Origin: Longimicrobiales bacterium
GTDB taxonomy: Bacteria; Gemmatimonadota; Gemmatimonadetes; Longimicrobiales; Gaopeijiaceae
Reading direction: 5' to 3'
Length of the DNA: 64,000 nucleotides
NCBI GenBank assembly: GCA_965218295.1
Contig: CBDCKN010000012.1
Location: 160,001 to 224,000, forward strand
The notes beneath the pieces are model-generated. The model was given only the letters and a program-made list of their open reading frames with translations. It was not told where the DNA came from and did no database searches. This document shows, piece after piece, positions 19,243 through 29,000 of this stretch. Position 1 is the stretch's first letter. Each line of letters starts with the position of its first letter. A program made the position numbers and the translations under genes.

Positions 19243-21513
19243 ATGGCGATGCGGGACGGCAACGGACATGCGAACGTGGCGCTGGCCGAGGGGCTGGAGG
19301 AGCTTTGGCCGGTGCCCGGTTCCGTGGAGTCGGAGCTTGGGGACTGGCGGTCGCTGTACGAGCGGGAGCGCGAGCGAGCGGAGGCGGCGGTGGCCCGCGC
19401 GGAGGAGTTGCGGTGGGCGGAGGTGCGGGCGCGCTGCGAAGCGGGATCGTGGAAGTGGCGGTGGGAGGCGTCGCGCCGGAAGCTGAGGGCGGTGATCGCG
19501 GAGACGCGGGAGGCCCGCCGCGCGGCGTGGGACGCCCTGGCGTTGCAGCGCGAGGTGGGGCGTCTGCACGGGCTGCTGCGGGAGGCCGGGGTGGACGCGG
19601 GGAAGCGCGGCACGGAGATGGCGCTTCGGATGGAGGTGGCACGGCTTCGCGAGGAGGGTTGGGCGCTGGAGAAGGCGCTCGATGCCCGCGCGGCCGAGGT
19701 GCAGAACCTTCACAAGGCCCGCATCGAAGCGGACGCGGACATCCTGGCGCTGCGGCGGCAGTTGCGCGAGATGCTCGAGATCCACGGCGAACTGTCGAAG
19801 CTGGGGGACCAGCGGGACCGGGTCGAGTCGCTGTCGGAGGAGGTCGGGGCGCTTCGCTGGGCGCTGAAGGTCTCGGAGGCGTCGAAGGGCCGCCTGACGG
19901 CGCGGCTGCGGCGTGCGGTCGAGGCGGGGCGGGCGCGGTCGCCGTCGGCCGCCGACGCGGAGTTGCGCAAGGCCTTGCGCAGATCGCGGCGCCAGAGGGC
20001 GACGATCGGCTCGCTGACGCGGGAGAAGACCCGGCTCGGCAGGAGGATGCGGGCGTCGCGGCGGCGGATCGAGCGCCTCGAGGGCCAACTGGCGAAGCTT
20101 CGCGCGTCGCGCACGGTGCTGCCGAAGGGGCAGTCCGGCGGCGCGTGCGAGAGGCAGGAGCGACCGCGTTCGGGGCGGCGGCGGGGCCAGCAGCCCGGCA
20201 CGCCGGTCCACGGCCGCACCCCGCGCCCGGGGCTTGAGGAACGCACCGAGGAGCACAACCCGCCCGCCGATGCGCGGGTGTGCCGGGGTTGCGGGAGCCC
20301 GTACGCGGCCAACGGCGCCGAGGAGTCGGCCCTCGTCGAGATCGAGGTCCGGGCGCACCGGCGGGTGATCCGCCGCCCGCGCTGGCGGCGGACGTGCGGG
20401 TGCGCGTCGTCGCCCGCCGAAGTGACGGCGCCCCCCGTGCCTCGGCTGTTCGCCCGCACGCCGTACGGGACGAGCGTCTGGTCGCGCTTCCTGTTCGAGC
20501 GCTACGCGTGCCTGCGCCCGCTGCACCGGGTCTGCGGGTGGCTGTCCGACCAGGGTCTGCCGGTCTCGCCGGGCACGCTGGCGGACAGCGTGCACCGCTT
20601 GGCGCCGTTGTTCGAGCCGGTGGGCGCGGCGATCCTCGCGCACCAGAACGGCTCGGCGCTGCGCCATGCCGACGAGACCAGCTGGCGGGTGCGGGCGCTG
20701 CGCGACAGCGACGGATCGGGGTACGCGTGGCTGTGGATCTCGGTCGGCCGCGGCGCGGCCTACTTCCATGTGGATCCGTCACGCAGCGCCGAGGCGGCCC
20801 GGAAGCTGTTCGACGGGGCGCTGTGCCCGACGGTCCTCGTCTGCGACCGCTACAGCGGCTACAAGAAGCTGGCGCGTCTCCTCGGGGGCAGGGTCACGCT
20901 GTCGTTCTGCTGGGCGCACATGCGCAGGGACTTCATCCGGTGCGCGGCCGGGCACGTCCATCTGACCGGCTGGTGCCGGGAGTGGCTCGGGCGGATCGCC
21001 ACGGTCTACCGCCTGCACAAGGCGCGGCTGGAGCTCCACGACCCCGGCCTCGAGCGCCAGAGCCCGGCGTTCGACGCGGCGCACGACGCGCTGAGCGAGG
21101 CGCTCGGCGGCATGTTCGCGGCCTCCGAACGCCAACTCGCCCGCCTGTCGCCAAAGGCGAGGGAGGGAGGGCCGCTGCGCTCGCTCCTCAACCACCGCGA
21201 GGGGCTGAGCGTCTTCCTCGACCGGCCCCGCGTGCCGCTCGACAACAACCTCGCCGAGCGGCTGCTGCGCGGCCCGGCCATCGGGCGGCGCCTGTCGTTC
21301 GGCTCCGACAGCGAGTCCGGCGCCCGGTTCACCGCGCTCATGTACTCGGTGACCGGCACCCTGAGGCTGAACGGCCTCGACGTGCCGCGCTGGCTCGCCG
21401 ACTGGTTGGCGGCGTGCGCGCGCGGCGGCGGTCGCCCGCCGGGCGACCTGTCGCCCTGGCTGCCGTGGTCGATGGACGCCGGACGCAGGCGCGAAATGAC
21501 GGCGTCCGCATGA
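19243..21513 (+). CDS. IS66 family transposase, copy 2
   Basis: Identical protein to 15932..18202. Confidence 0.92.
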   Translation: MAMRDGNGHANVALAEGLEELWPVPGSVESELGDWRSLYERERERAEAAVARAEELRWAEVRARCEAGSWKWRWEASRRKLRAVIAETREARRAAWDALALQREVGRLHGLLREAGVDAGKRGTEMALRMEVARLREEGWALEKALDARAAEVQNLHKARIEADADILALRRQLREMLEIHGELSKLGDQRDRVESLSEEVGALRWALKVSEASKGRLTARLRRAVEAGRARSPSAADAELRKALRRSRRQRATIGSLTREKTRLGRRMRASRRRIERLEGQLAKLRASRTVLPKGQSGGACERQERPRSGRRRGQQPGTPVHGRTPRPGLEERTEEHNPPADARVCRGCGSPYAANGAEESALVEIEVRAHRRVIRRPRWRRTCGCASSPAEVTAPPVPRLFARTPYGTSVWSRFLFERYACLRPLHRVCGWLSDQGLPVSPGTLADSVHRLAPLFEPVGAAILAHQNGSALRHADETSWRVRALRDSDGSGYAWLWISVGRGAAYFHVDPSRSAEAARKLFDGALCPTVLVCDRYSGYKKLARLLGGRVTLSFCWAHMRRDFIRCAAGHVHLTGWCREWLGRIATVYRLHKARLELHDPGLERQSPAFDAAHDALSEALGGMFAASERQLARLSPKAREGGPLRSLLNHREGLSVFLDRPRVPLDNNLAERLLRGPAIGRRLSFGSDSESGARFTALMYSVTGTLRLNGLDVPRWLADWLAACARGGGRPPGDLSPWLPWSMDAGRRREMTASA

Positions 21514-22391
21514 GCGAGCGCATCGAATGCCGCTACCACGGGCGCGACTTCACCGCCGCGGAAATGGCGCTGCTGCGCCGACTGATCGCCGGACCGCCCG
21601 CGCTCAACCGCCACGCCCTGTCGAAGGAGTTCTGCCGGCGCATCGGCTGGTTCAAGCCCGACGGCGGGCTCAAGGACATGATGGCGCGCGTCACCATGCT
21701 CGCCATGCACAGCGACGGCCTCATCGTCCTGCCGCCCCCGAAGTGGAGGCAGAAACGACCCGGCCCCATCGTCTTCGGACAGGACACCGAACCGCCCCTC
21801 TTCCCCCCGCCCACGATCCTCGACGAGGTCCGCCCCCTCGAACTCCGCACCGTCGTCGGCGGCACCCGACAGGGCAGGCTGTGGAACGAGTTCGTCGCGC
21901 GCCACCACTATCTCGGCTACAAGACCCTCGTCGGCGCCCAGATGCGCTACGCCGTCCACGACCGCAACGGCTGGCCGCTCGCCATACTCGGCTTCAGCAC
22001 CGCCGCCTGGTCCCTCGCTCCACGCGACCGCTTCATCGGATGGACCCCGACCCTGCGAAAGAAGAACCTGCCGCTCGTCATCGACAACCCCAGGTTCCTC
22101 ATCCTGCCCTGGATCCGCATCCCCAACCTCGGATCCCACATCCTCGCCCTCGTCCGCCGCCGCCTGCCCCGCGACTGGACCCGCCGCTACAACACCACCC
22201 CCGTCCTCATCGAGACCTTCGTCGAGGTCCCCCGCTTCACCGGCGGCGTCTACAGGGCCTCCGGTTGGATCCGCGTCGGTACCACACGGGGACGAGGGCG
22301 CTACGACACCGCCAAGCAGTACGGCAAGCCCACCAAGGATGTCTGGCTCCGCCCGCTCGCCAAGCACTGGAAGCGCATCCTCAACCGCTGA
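21510..22391 (+). CDS. DUF4338 / DruA-like protein, copy 2
   Basis: Identical to 18199..19080. Confidence 0.8.
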   Translation: MSERIECRYHGRDFTAAEMALLRRLIAGPPALNRHALSKEFCRRIGWFKPDGGLKDMMARVTMLAMHSDGLIVLPPPKWRQKRPGPIVFGQDTEPPLFPPPTILDEVRPLELRTVVGGTRQGRLWNEFVARHHYLGYKTLVGAQMRYAVHDRNGWPLAILGFSTAAWSLAPRDRFIGWTPTLRKKNLPLVIDNPRFLILPWIRIPNLGSHILALVRRRLPRDWTRRYNTTPVLIETFVEVPRFTGGVYRASGWIRVGTTRGRGRYDTAKQYGKPTKDVWLRPLAKHWKRILNR

Positions 22392-22527
22392 GCACCCCCA
22401 CACACACGATCCGACAACACGACGCTCCCCACGGCTTGGCCGAACAGTTACCTGGCGGACACGTCGGCCACCCGATTGCCATCTTTGACGACTACGTACC
22501 CACCCGCTGGAGCCGAAGATCAAGCAC

Positions 22528-22710
22528 TTGCGCTCGGTGTCGTCCACCACAGTAAAGCGCGGCTTCAATGAGATCCGTAATCTGCGCGATCACCTCGCCC
22601 ACGCAAACTACTATGCCGAGACCCCCGAGGCCGCTCGTCAGGTCTGCCAGGTGGGCAGGAAGATTCGCCGCATCCAAGCGGACCTGCTTACAGGGATCGA
22701 AGATCAATAG
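22528..22710 (+). pseudogene. C-terminal gene fragment with HEPN-like RxxxxH motif
   Basis: EIRNLRDHLAHAN; no intact N-terminus; lies just right of the IS66 insertion. Confidence 0.4.
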
Positions 22711-22827
22711 CTCCCCTCAAGGAGAGCCGCCGTGGAGACCTCATCGGCGGGAGGAGGTTGACGAAGGCCCTAATCTGCTATAATCACACCACGGTCTCAG
22801 CACATAAGTATCACGGAAGGGAGAGCT

Positions 22828-23115
22828 ATGCCGCAGACATCCTCGAGGGACATTGATGAGAGTGCTCTAACGAAGGGCCACCTCCGCAAGCTGAACGCAC
22901 TTCGCAAGTCCGTTGGCGAAGATATCGGCGAGCGGGCGTTCGCCGAGTGGCTCTCCCGGCCAGCAACCGCAAGGGCGAGCGACCGGAACGCCGAGTTGAT
23001 CGCCGAAAGTCTTTGGTCCCTTGTTGAGCAAGGCAAGCTTGCGATTCGTTCTGGCGGCTATGTGGTCAAACGCGGGCGCGGGCGAATCATCGTCGAGCCA
23101 GCGAAAAAGACGTAG
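22828..23115 (+). CDS. Hypothetical small protein (95 aa)
   Basis: GGGAG RBS; natural-looking composition. Confidence 0.65.
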   Translation: MPQTSSRDIDESALTKGHLRKLNALRKSVGEDIGERAFAEWLSRPATARASDRNAELIAESLWSLVEQGKLAIRSGGYVVKRGRGRIIVEPAKKT

Positions 23116-23138
23116 ACGCCCAGCGCCAGCCGCTTCCC

Positions 23139-23222
23139 CGATCGAGGCATCCCCAAAGGGGGGGTCGCTCCCTTATACGGCCGAAAGCTCCGGAGCGGCG
23201 TCGCCGCTCCGGCGGCCGTGCC
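23139..23222. repeat. Dispersed ~85-bp structured repeat, copy 1
   Basis: Near-identical to 61577-61660; contains perfect inverted repeat CCGGAGCGGCG-T-CGCCGCTCCGG. Confidence 0.8.
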
Positions 23223-23480
23223 GCAGCCACCCGGGCCATCATGTCTTTCAGGCCGCTGTCGGGCTTGAACCAGCCGATGCCCCGGCAGAACTCCCTGGAC
23301 AGGGGATGGCGGTTGAGCGTCGGCGGGCCGGCGATCAGTGCACGTAGCAGCGTCATTTCCCCAGCGGTGAAGTCAATTGCGGCACTCGATCCGACCGGAA
23401 ATGCCGACGCCATGAGGTCGCGTCTGCGCTCCTCGCCCATCGACCATGGCAACCCGTGCGACAGGTCGTCGGGCGATCGG
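23223..23480 (-). pseudogene. Degenerate remnant of a related IS66-DUF4338 element (tnp end plus DUF4338 start)
   Basis: Translation DLSHGLPWSMGEERRRDLMASA...FTAGEMTLLRALIAGPPTLNRHPLSREFCRGIGWFKPDSGLKDMMARV closely parallels the tnp/DUF4338 junction at about 18130-18380. Confidence 0.8.
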
Positions 23481-23983
23481 ACGCCGTTGTGCGCGGACGC
23501 CGTAGGGCCAGCGCGGGACGTCAATACCGCGGCATGACTGAACGCTTACTCCCGGAAATCTCCTATAGTCTACCGGCAGCTTTCGACGTTCCTTTCGACG
23601 TTCCTTTCCCCGGGCGCCATCCCGGGATCCGCTGTTTACTGGTCAGCGGAAGGTAGTCGCCCCTCTTTTAAAACACCTTCTATGGAGCTGGCGGTCAAGA
23701 CGCACGTTCCCCACGCGCCGTTGGCTCATTTCTTGACTGCCGGCGTCCGCATGGTTTGGATTACCGGATCGACGACTCAGGGTAGGGAGGGGTGCGCTCG
23801 CAGGGTCCGCATCGCAGTCCGGAAGACGTTTACAGCCGTCGCGTTCTGAGCTCCAGAGCGGGAACCATCCTTCTATCTGGGATTCTGTGGCCCATTGCTT
23901 CGTTCGGCTCTCCAGGGGTGCATAGCCTTTTGATGGGACTTATATCGCACGGTAACCATCCTCGCCCACTGCCTCAGGATCCA

Positions 23984-24433
23984 CTATTCGTCGATGTCGT
24001 CCGGGTCTACGGTCTCCGCTATCTGGCGGCGATAGCCACCGGCCTCGGAGATCGACTTCTCCCTCTCAGTCACGCCGTAGAGATCCTCGTTCACAGAGAA
24101 GTGTTTCCTCCATCGCCTGTACTGGCTGCTGACTGTCCCCGCGTTGAGCGCCTCCGCTACGCCCCTCTGGATGACTGTATCGAGTGACGGGACCGTGCCG
24201 TGTTTCTCCCGCAGGTCGTCGCAGATCTCCCAGACCCGTCCCGTCTTGGTGCCCTCTCCCGGACGCTTGGGTGTGGCGTCGAGAAAAGCGTCCCTTAACA
24301 TGGGGCCGAACCGGCCTGTGGGCCGGGTGTCCGGCTGGCCGCTCACGAGCTCCTTGAGGGACGCTATGGCGTGTTCGATCCTGTCTCTCTCCGCCTCTAG
24401 CTGCTTTATCACATCCATATATTCTATTGACAC
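23984..24433 (-). CDS. Hypothetical protein, N-terminal coiled coil plus possible winged-helix DNA-binding domain
   Basis: GGAG RBS; IKQLEAERDRIEHAIASLKEL coil; helical C-terminal domain. Confidence 0.55.
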   Translation of the reverse strand: MSIEYMDVIKQLEAERDRIEHAIASLKELVSGQPDTRPTGRFGPMLRDAFLDATPKRPGEGTKTGRVWEICDDLREKHGTVPSLDTVIQRGVAEALNAGTVSSQYRRWRKHFSVNEDLYGVTEREKSISEAGGYRRQIAETVDPDDIDE

Positions 24434-24788
24434 AAGGCGTCTCCTGCGATAGACAATAGGTGTCTGTGGGGGCCGCGCTGCAGCACGGCCCCTCTCCCTC
24501 GACCCGGCCCACCGCTCGCAGCGGCGATTCTAGGGGCTCCGGGCGAAGTCATCTATGGCGGCCTCATGGCTCCTCCTAGGTGGCATTGTGGTTGTTCCGC
24601 CCTCACCTCAGACGGTTGCCAAGGCCCGAGGTGAGGGCGGACTCGTATCGGCTTTCGACATTCGGTACACTTCATGTTAGCCAACACTCCAGCGACCTGT
24701 CAACACTTCGCATGGTAGAGAAAAGTAATACCGACAGGAAGTCTCGTGTGTTAGATATAGTAGGACACAGACACACAGGGAAGTTACG

Positions 24789-25083
24789 ATGGCTAACAAC
24801 GCACCCGGCAAGCACTTCAGGTACGGCCGTTCACTCGTGGATGTAGTACGGATGTTCCCCGATGACGAGGTGGCAGAGAACTGGATCGCCTATTGCCGTT
24901 GGGGCGACGAGCCCGCATGCCCCCGCTGCGGGAGCCTCAACGTGCAGGTGGGGGCCAAACACCCCAGCCAGCGATACCGTTGCCGGGAGAAGGGCTGCAG
25001 GAAGTTCTTCTCAGCCAAGACTGGTACGGCCATGGCTGACAGCAACCTCGGCTATCAGGTCTGGGCCATCGCCACCTACCTGT
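24789..25083 (+). pseudogene. IS1595-family transposase, N-terminal fragment
   Basis: FPDDEVAENWIAYCRW, zinc ribbon CPRCGS...YRCREKGCRKFFSAKTGT, WAIATYL; homology then breaks off. Confidence 0.8.
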
Positions 25084-25260
25084 GGCCGTTGGCCACGGTC
25101 CCCTCCGGATCGATGAACCGACCAGACCGCTCCTGCCGACAGGATGAAGAAGACTAGGAAGCTGCTGTCAATGGCGAAGGAGCGAAGCTTGCGGGAGGGC
25201 AGTTTGTCGATGGCCCCTGTCCTCTCTCATGGCGAACTGTCAGATGATTTCCGTCTCAGA

Positions 25261-25488
25261 TCACTCGGCACTGCTGCGGCTCGCGGCGATCTGTTCTCGG
25301 ATCCACGCATCCACTTCGGACTCGATCCAGCCGACGGCGCGGGCGCCTAGCCGGATCGGTTGGGGAAAGCTCCCGTTGGCCACCCGCACGTAGATCGTGC
25401 TCCGCGCCAGCCCGGTGCGGGCCTGCACTCGAGGTAACCTCAGGACGCGCACGGGCGCGTCCATGCCCTGGTCTATTCGTATTGACAT
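25261..25488 (-). CDS. alpA: AlpA family transcriptional regulator / recombination directionality factor
   Basis: LRLPRVQARTGLARSTIY...FPQPIRLGARAVGWIESEVDAWI; GGAGG RBS. Confidence 0.9.
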   Translation of the reverse strand: MSIRIDQGMDAPVRVLRLPRVQARTGLARSTIYVRVANGSFPQPIRLGARAVGWIESEVDAWIREQIAASRSSAE

Positions 25489-25751
25489 TGATTTGCCTCC
25501 GTTCTGTTCGGTGAAGAATTCCGGGGCGCGTTGCCCCGGGAGGGAACAGGGGCCACATGAGCCCGGCTGGAGGCTTCGATGAACGCCAGGACCTGGCAGG
25601 CCATCGCCAGCCTTGGAGAGCGGCCACGGCGTAGCTGACGCACCGGGATCGGATCGCCCACCGCTTGCCGACCGAGCGTGGATGTTCTCATGCCCGTGCG
25701 GTCGAGGGACGCAGCCACTCGCGATCGGAACGGCTTCGTCAGCGTCTCCAT
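25473..25751 (-). CDS. Small Cro-like HTH protein (possibly degenerate)
   Basis: RTGMRTSTLGRQAVGDPIPVRQLRRGRSPRLAMACQVLAFI resembles phage-type small repressors; sits upstream of alpA. Confidence 0.45.
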   Translation of the reverse strand: METLTKPFRSRVAASLDRTGMRTSTLGRQAVGDPIPVRQLRRGRSPRLAMACQVLAFIEASSRAHVAPVPSRGNAPRNSSPNRTEANQCQYE

Positions 25752-26054
25752 GGCGCCTGCCGGTCGGGACGCGGCCTGCGAAGACCCGCACCCCGACGGC
25801 GGCGTCCGGCCGAGCACGACCCGATCTCGCCTCGGAGGGTGCTGCTCAAGCCGACCCGCGAGCGCGGCCAGCAGACGGGTTGTGGTGTGGGTACGGCGAG
25901 CCTCGCGCCGCGGTTTTTGTAAGCGATTTTGGCGCGTCTCTTCGGCCTCGACACAGGCTTGAAACGCATCCGACATCATGAAGCACCGGTACCCGGCCGT
26001 GCTGGCGACTGAGGTCCGGCCGCACCGCATTTCAGATTGCCGGTCCGTCGGCGT

Positions 26055-29000
26055 CTACCAGCGCGCGGTGACGCGGCCGTGCAGGCTGTGCTCCGGGTCT
26101 CCCTGGCCCAGCAAGCTCTGGCGGCGTTGGGCGTCGAGGCCGAACTCGAAGTTCATGGCGCCGGCCTGCAACAGGGTCAGTTTGTAGCCCAGCCGGTAGT
26201 CGCGGCCGTACTCTGAGGTTGTGACGCCGAACCTCGGCGTCCCCACGAGCCGGCTCCCGACCGGCAGCGCGTAGCCGAGCTCGCCATCGAGGCGGTTGCC
26301 CGATCCCGGGCCTCCTGCCCCGAGCCCCGCCATCGTATCGCGGCCCCAGAGCGCGTCGGCACCGCTCATCGCCTGCCCGCCCCATGAGGGCGCCACCCGC
26401 GCCGTGAACCCCAGCGGCGTCGAGGGCGTCGGATCGTAGCTGAGCGACACCGACACGCCCCGCTCCCGGAACCCTTCGTCCTCGTGCACCAGCAGAGTCC
26501 GCACCCGCACGTCGACCGACAGTCCGGTCAAGGGGTCCGATGCGATCAGGCTTGCGGCGACATCCGCGCCCCTGCCCGTCTCCGCATCCCCGCCGTCCGT
26601 CCTGAGCCCGACCTCGAGGCTCAGCCGGAGCGCTATGCCGTGTCCGACGACGTATCCCCTCGAGGCCTCGAGTGCCGTCCGCACACGCGTCACCACGGCC
26701 TCGGTCGCCGCCAACCGGCCTGCCGGGCCGTCCACAGCCTCACTGCCCGTGCCCACCCACAGCGCATCCGCCTTGAACGCCAGCCCGAAGCCGCCCAGAC
26801 CCGCATCCACCAAGTCGCCTCTCACGCCCCCGGCGAGCATCGACATCGAGAGGCCGCCGTTGAGAGCGATCGGAGACGCGACAGACGTGGGGACAGACAG
26901 TGCCTCGCCCGGCGTCAAGCTGAGCGAGCCCCTCCCGTATCCGGTCACGCCCCAGAGCGTGACCCGCTCCGTCAACTTGTAGCCCACCCACGGATGCAGC
27001 CCCGTGACCGACGAGGCCACCTCGCCCACGTCGGCCCCCTGGTAGCCGCCCAGGCCCCGCCGGTGCGAGAGCATCAGCCCCGCCATCAGCGGCCCCTTCG
27101 CGTAGTCCGCCCCGAACATCGTCGTGCGGACCCCGCCGTCGAGCGACAGCTCGCCGTCCCGGCCGCTGAACCGCGACTCCATCCCGCGGCTCCAGAGCGA
27201 GACGCTCGCGCCCTGGTCCATCTCGCGGTTCAACACGAACCCCGAGCCCATCAGCAGGTCCCCGCCGCCGAGACCCATCCGCAGAAGTTCGGCGCCGCCC
27301 AGCTCGGGCTGGACACCGGTCGTGTCCCGGGCGCCCTGAACCGCCGCGGACTCGAGCCGGCTCAGGAAGTTGCGTCCCATCTCCCGCTCCATCCCGCGCC
27401 GGAGCTCACGGCCCGCGAACCGGCCCCGCAGGCCCGGAGCCCTGGACGCGTCCAGGCGCTCCTCGACCTGTTCCATCACGTGGAGCGCTGTCGCCCGCCC
27501 GAACCGAGCCAAGAGCGCGCGTGGCAGCGGATCGGTGTTCTCGATCGTCCCGGTCGCTTCCGCGTCGGCCAGCCGGCCGCCCGACGCGTTCGACAGCCGG
27601 AGCGTCAGCGTCTCCTCGCCCTCGTCGTGCGAGTCGTCGAGCACCGGGACCTCGACTGTCTTCTCCGTGTCGCCCGCATCGAACGTGAGCGTGCCGCTCG
27701 TGGCCGTGTAGTCCACGCCCGCCTGAGCCGTGCCGTCCGACGTGGCGTAGTCGACCGTCACCGCCCCGCCCGCCGCCCGCTCGAGCGTCACCGCGAACGC
27801 CAGCACCGCGCCCGCGCCTTCCTCCACGCGGGCATCGGCCACCGAGATGCCCACCAGCCCGGCGACCGTCGCCGAGAGCGAAGTGGACAACGGCCGGCCG
27901 TCGCCGGTGCAGACCGCGCCGCTTGCACCACAGTCGGTCGTCTCCGGCAGCCGGAGTGTCACCGCGCCATCGGAGTCCGGCTCGACCGTGATCGTCCAGC
28001 CCAGGTTGCTCCCCTGCTCCCGGCGTTTGGCCCCGCGCACCGTGCCGCCCGTCACCGCGAACGCCTCGTCGCGCAACGTTCGGTAGCTGAAGTCCTTGTC
28101 GAGTTCCTCGCTGAACGTCAGCCCGAACGCGAAGTCGTCGCCGGTGTGCTCGCCCGGCATGTCGGAGAAGCTGGCTGTTAGCGACTCGGCCGGGGGACCC
28201 GCCACGGTGGACGAGGGGCTGTTGCCGAGCGGCCGCGGGCTGTCCGCGCGGGTACAGACGGCCCCGGCCGTCCCGCACGCCCGCCCGCCAGGCAGCGTGA
28301 TCGTCACGGCCTCGCGGGAGTCGGGTTTGAGGGTGATCTCCCACAGGTCGTGGCGGCCATCGACTCGCCGCGCCCGCGTGATGGTGCCTCCGGTCACCGT
28401 GAACGATTCGTCGCGCAACGTCTGGTTGCTGATGCCGATGTCCTCGCTGAAGGCGACCTGGAAGCTGAAGGCGCTCTGTCCGTCATGGGCTTCCGGCACG
28501 TTCTCGAACTGCGCCGTCAGTTCCGGGCCGCCTCCTGCCGGGCCGGGCACAGTCAGCACCGCCTCATTCGACAGCCGCCGTCCGTCCGCCGTGCAGACCG
28601 CCCCCGCCGCATCGCAGGCACGCCCCGCCGCGAGCGTGAGCGTCACCGGCTCGTCCGAGGCCGGTTTGAGGGTGATCTCCCACAGATCGCTGCGCCCCTC
28701 CACGCGCCGGGCGGCCTCTACCGAGCCTCCCGCCGCCGACAAGGACTCGTCGCGCAGCGTCTGGTAGCTGATCGCGACCGGCTCGCTGAACACGAGCCGG
28801 ACCGTGAACGTGCCCGCGCCGTCATGCGCCTCCGGTGCCGCCTCGAAGCGGGCCGTCAGAGCCGGGAGCTCTCCACCACCCGCATCACCCAGCGCTGCAC
28901 TCGGGTGCCCCAGGTCCGCGTCCTCTCCCGACCAGCTCCGGATGGTCCCTCCGTTCAGCGTGAGACTGTTCTGTGTCACCGACCCGCCGGTCACGCTCCC

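Larger units (their letters stand above)
19150..22451 (+). mobile_element. IS66-like element, copy 2 (tandem, apparently identical)
   Basis: Repeat at 3311-bp offset with identical translations; followed by CTGGCGGA at 22452-22459. Confidence 0.9.

Noticed and set aside
18199..22391. Druantia defence system
   Set aside because: Only the DUF4338/DruA-like domain is present, inside IS inverted repeats; no DruE-type helicase or other dru genes recognised.
15762..22568. Long antisense/alternate-frame ORFs (545-1024 aa) and the 703-aa version of the DUF4338 ORF
   Set aside because: Arg/Pro/Gly-rich shadow ORFs of high-GC genes; the recognisable DUF4338 protein starts at the ATG overlapping the transposase stop.
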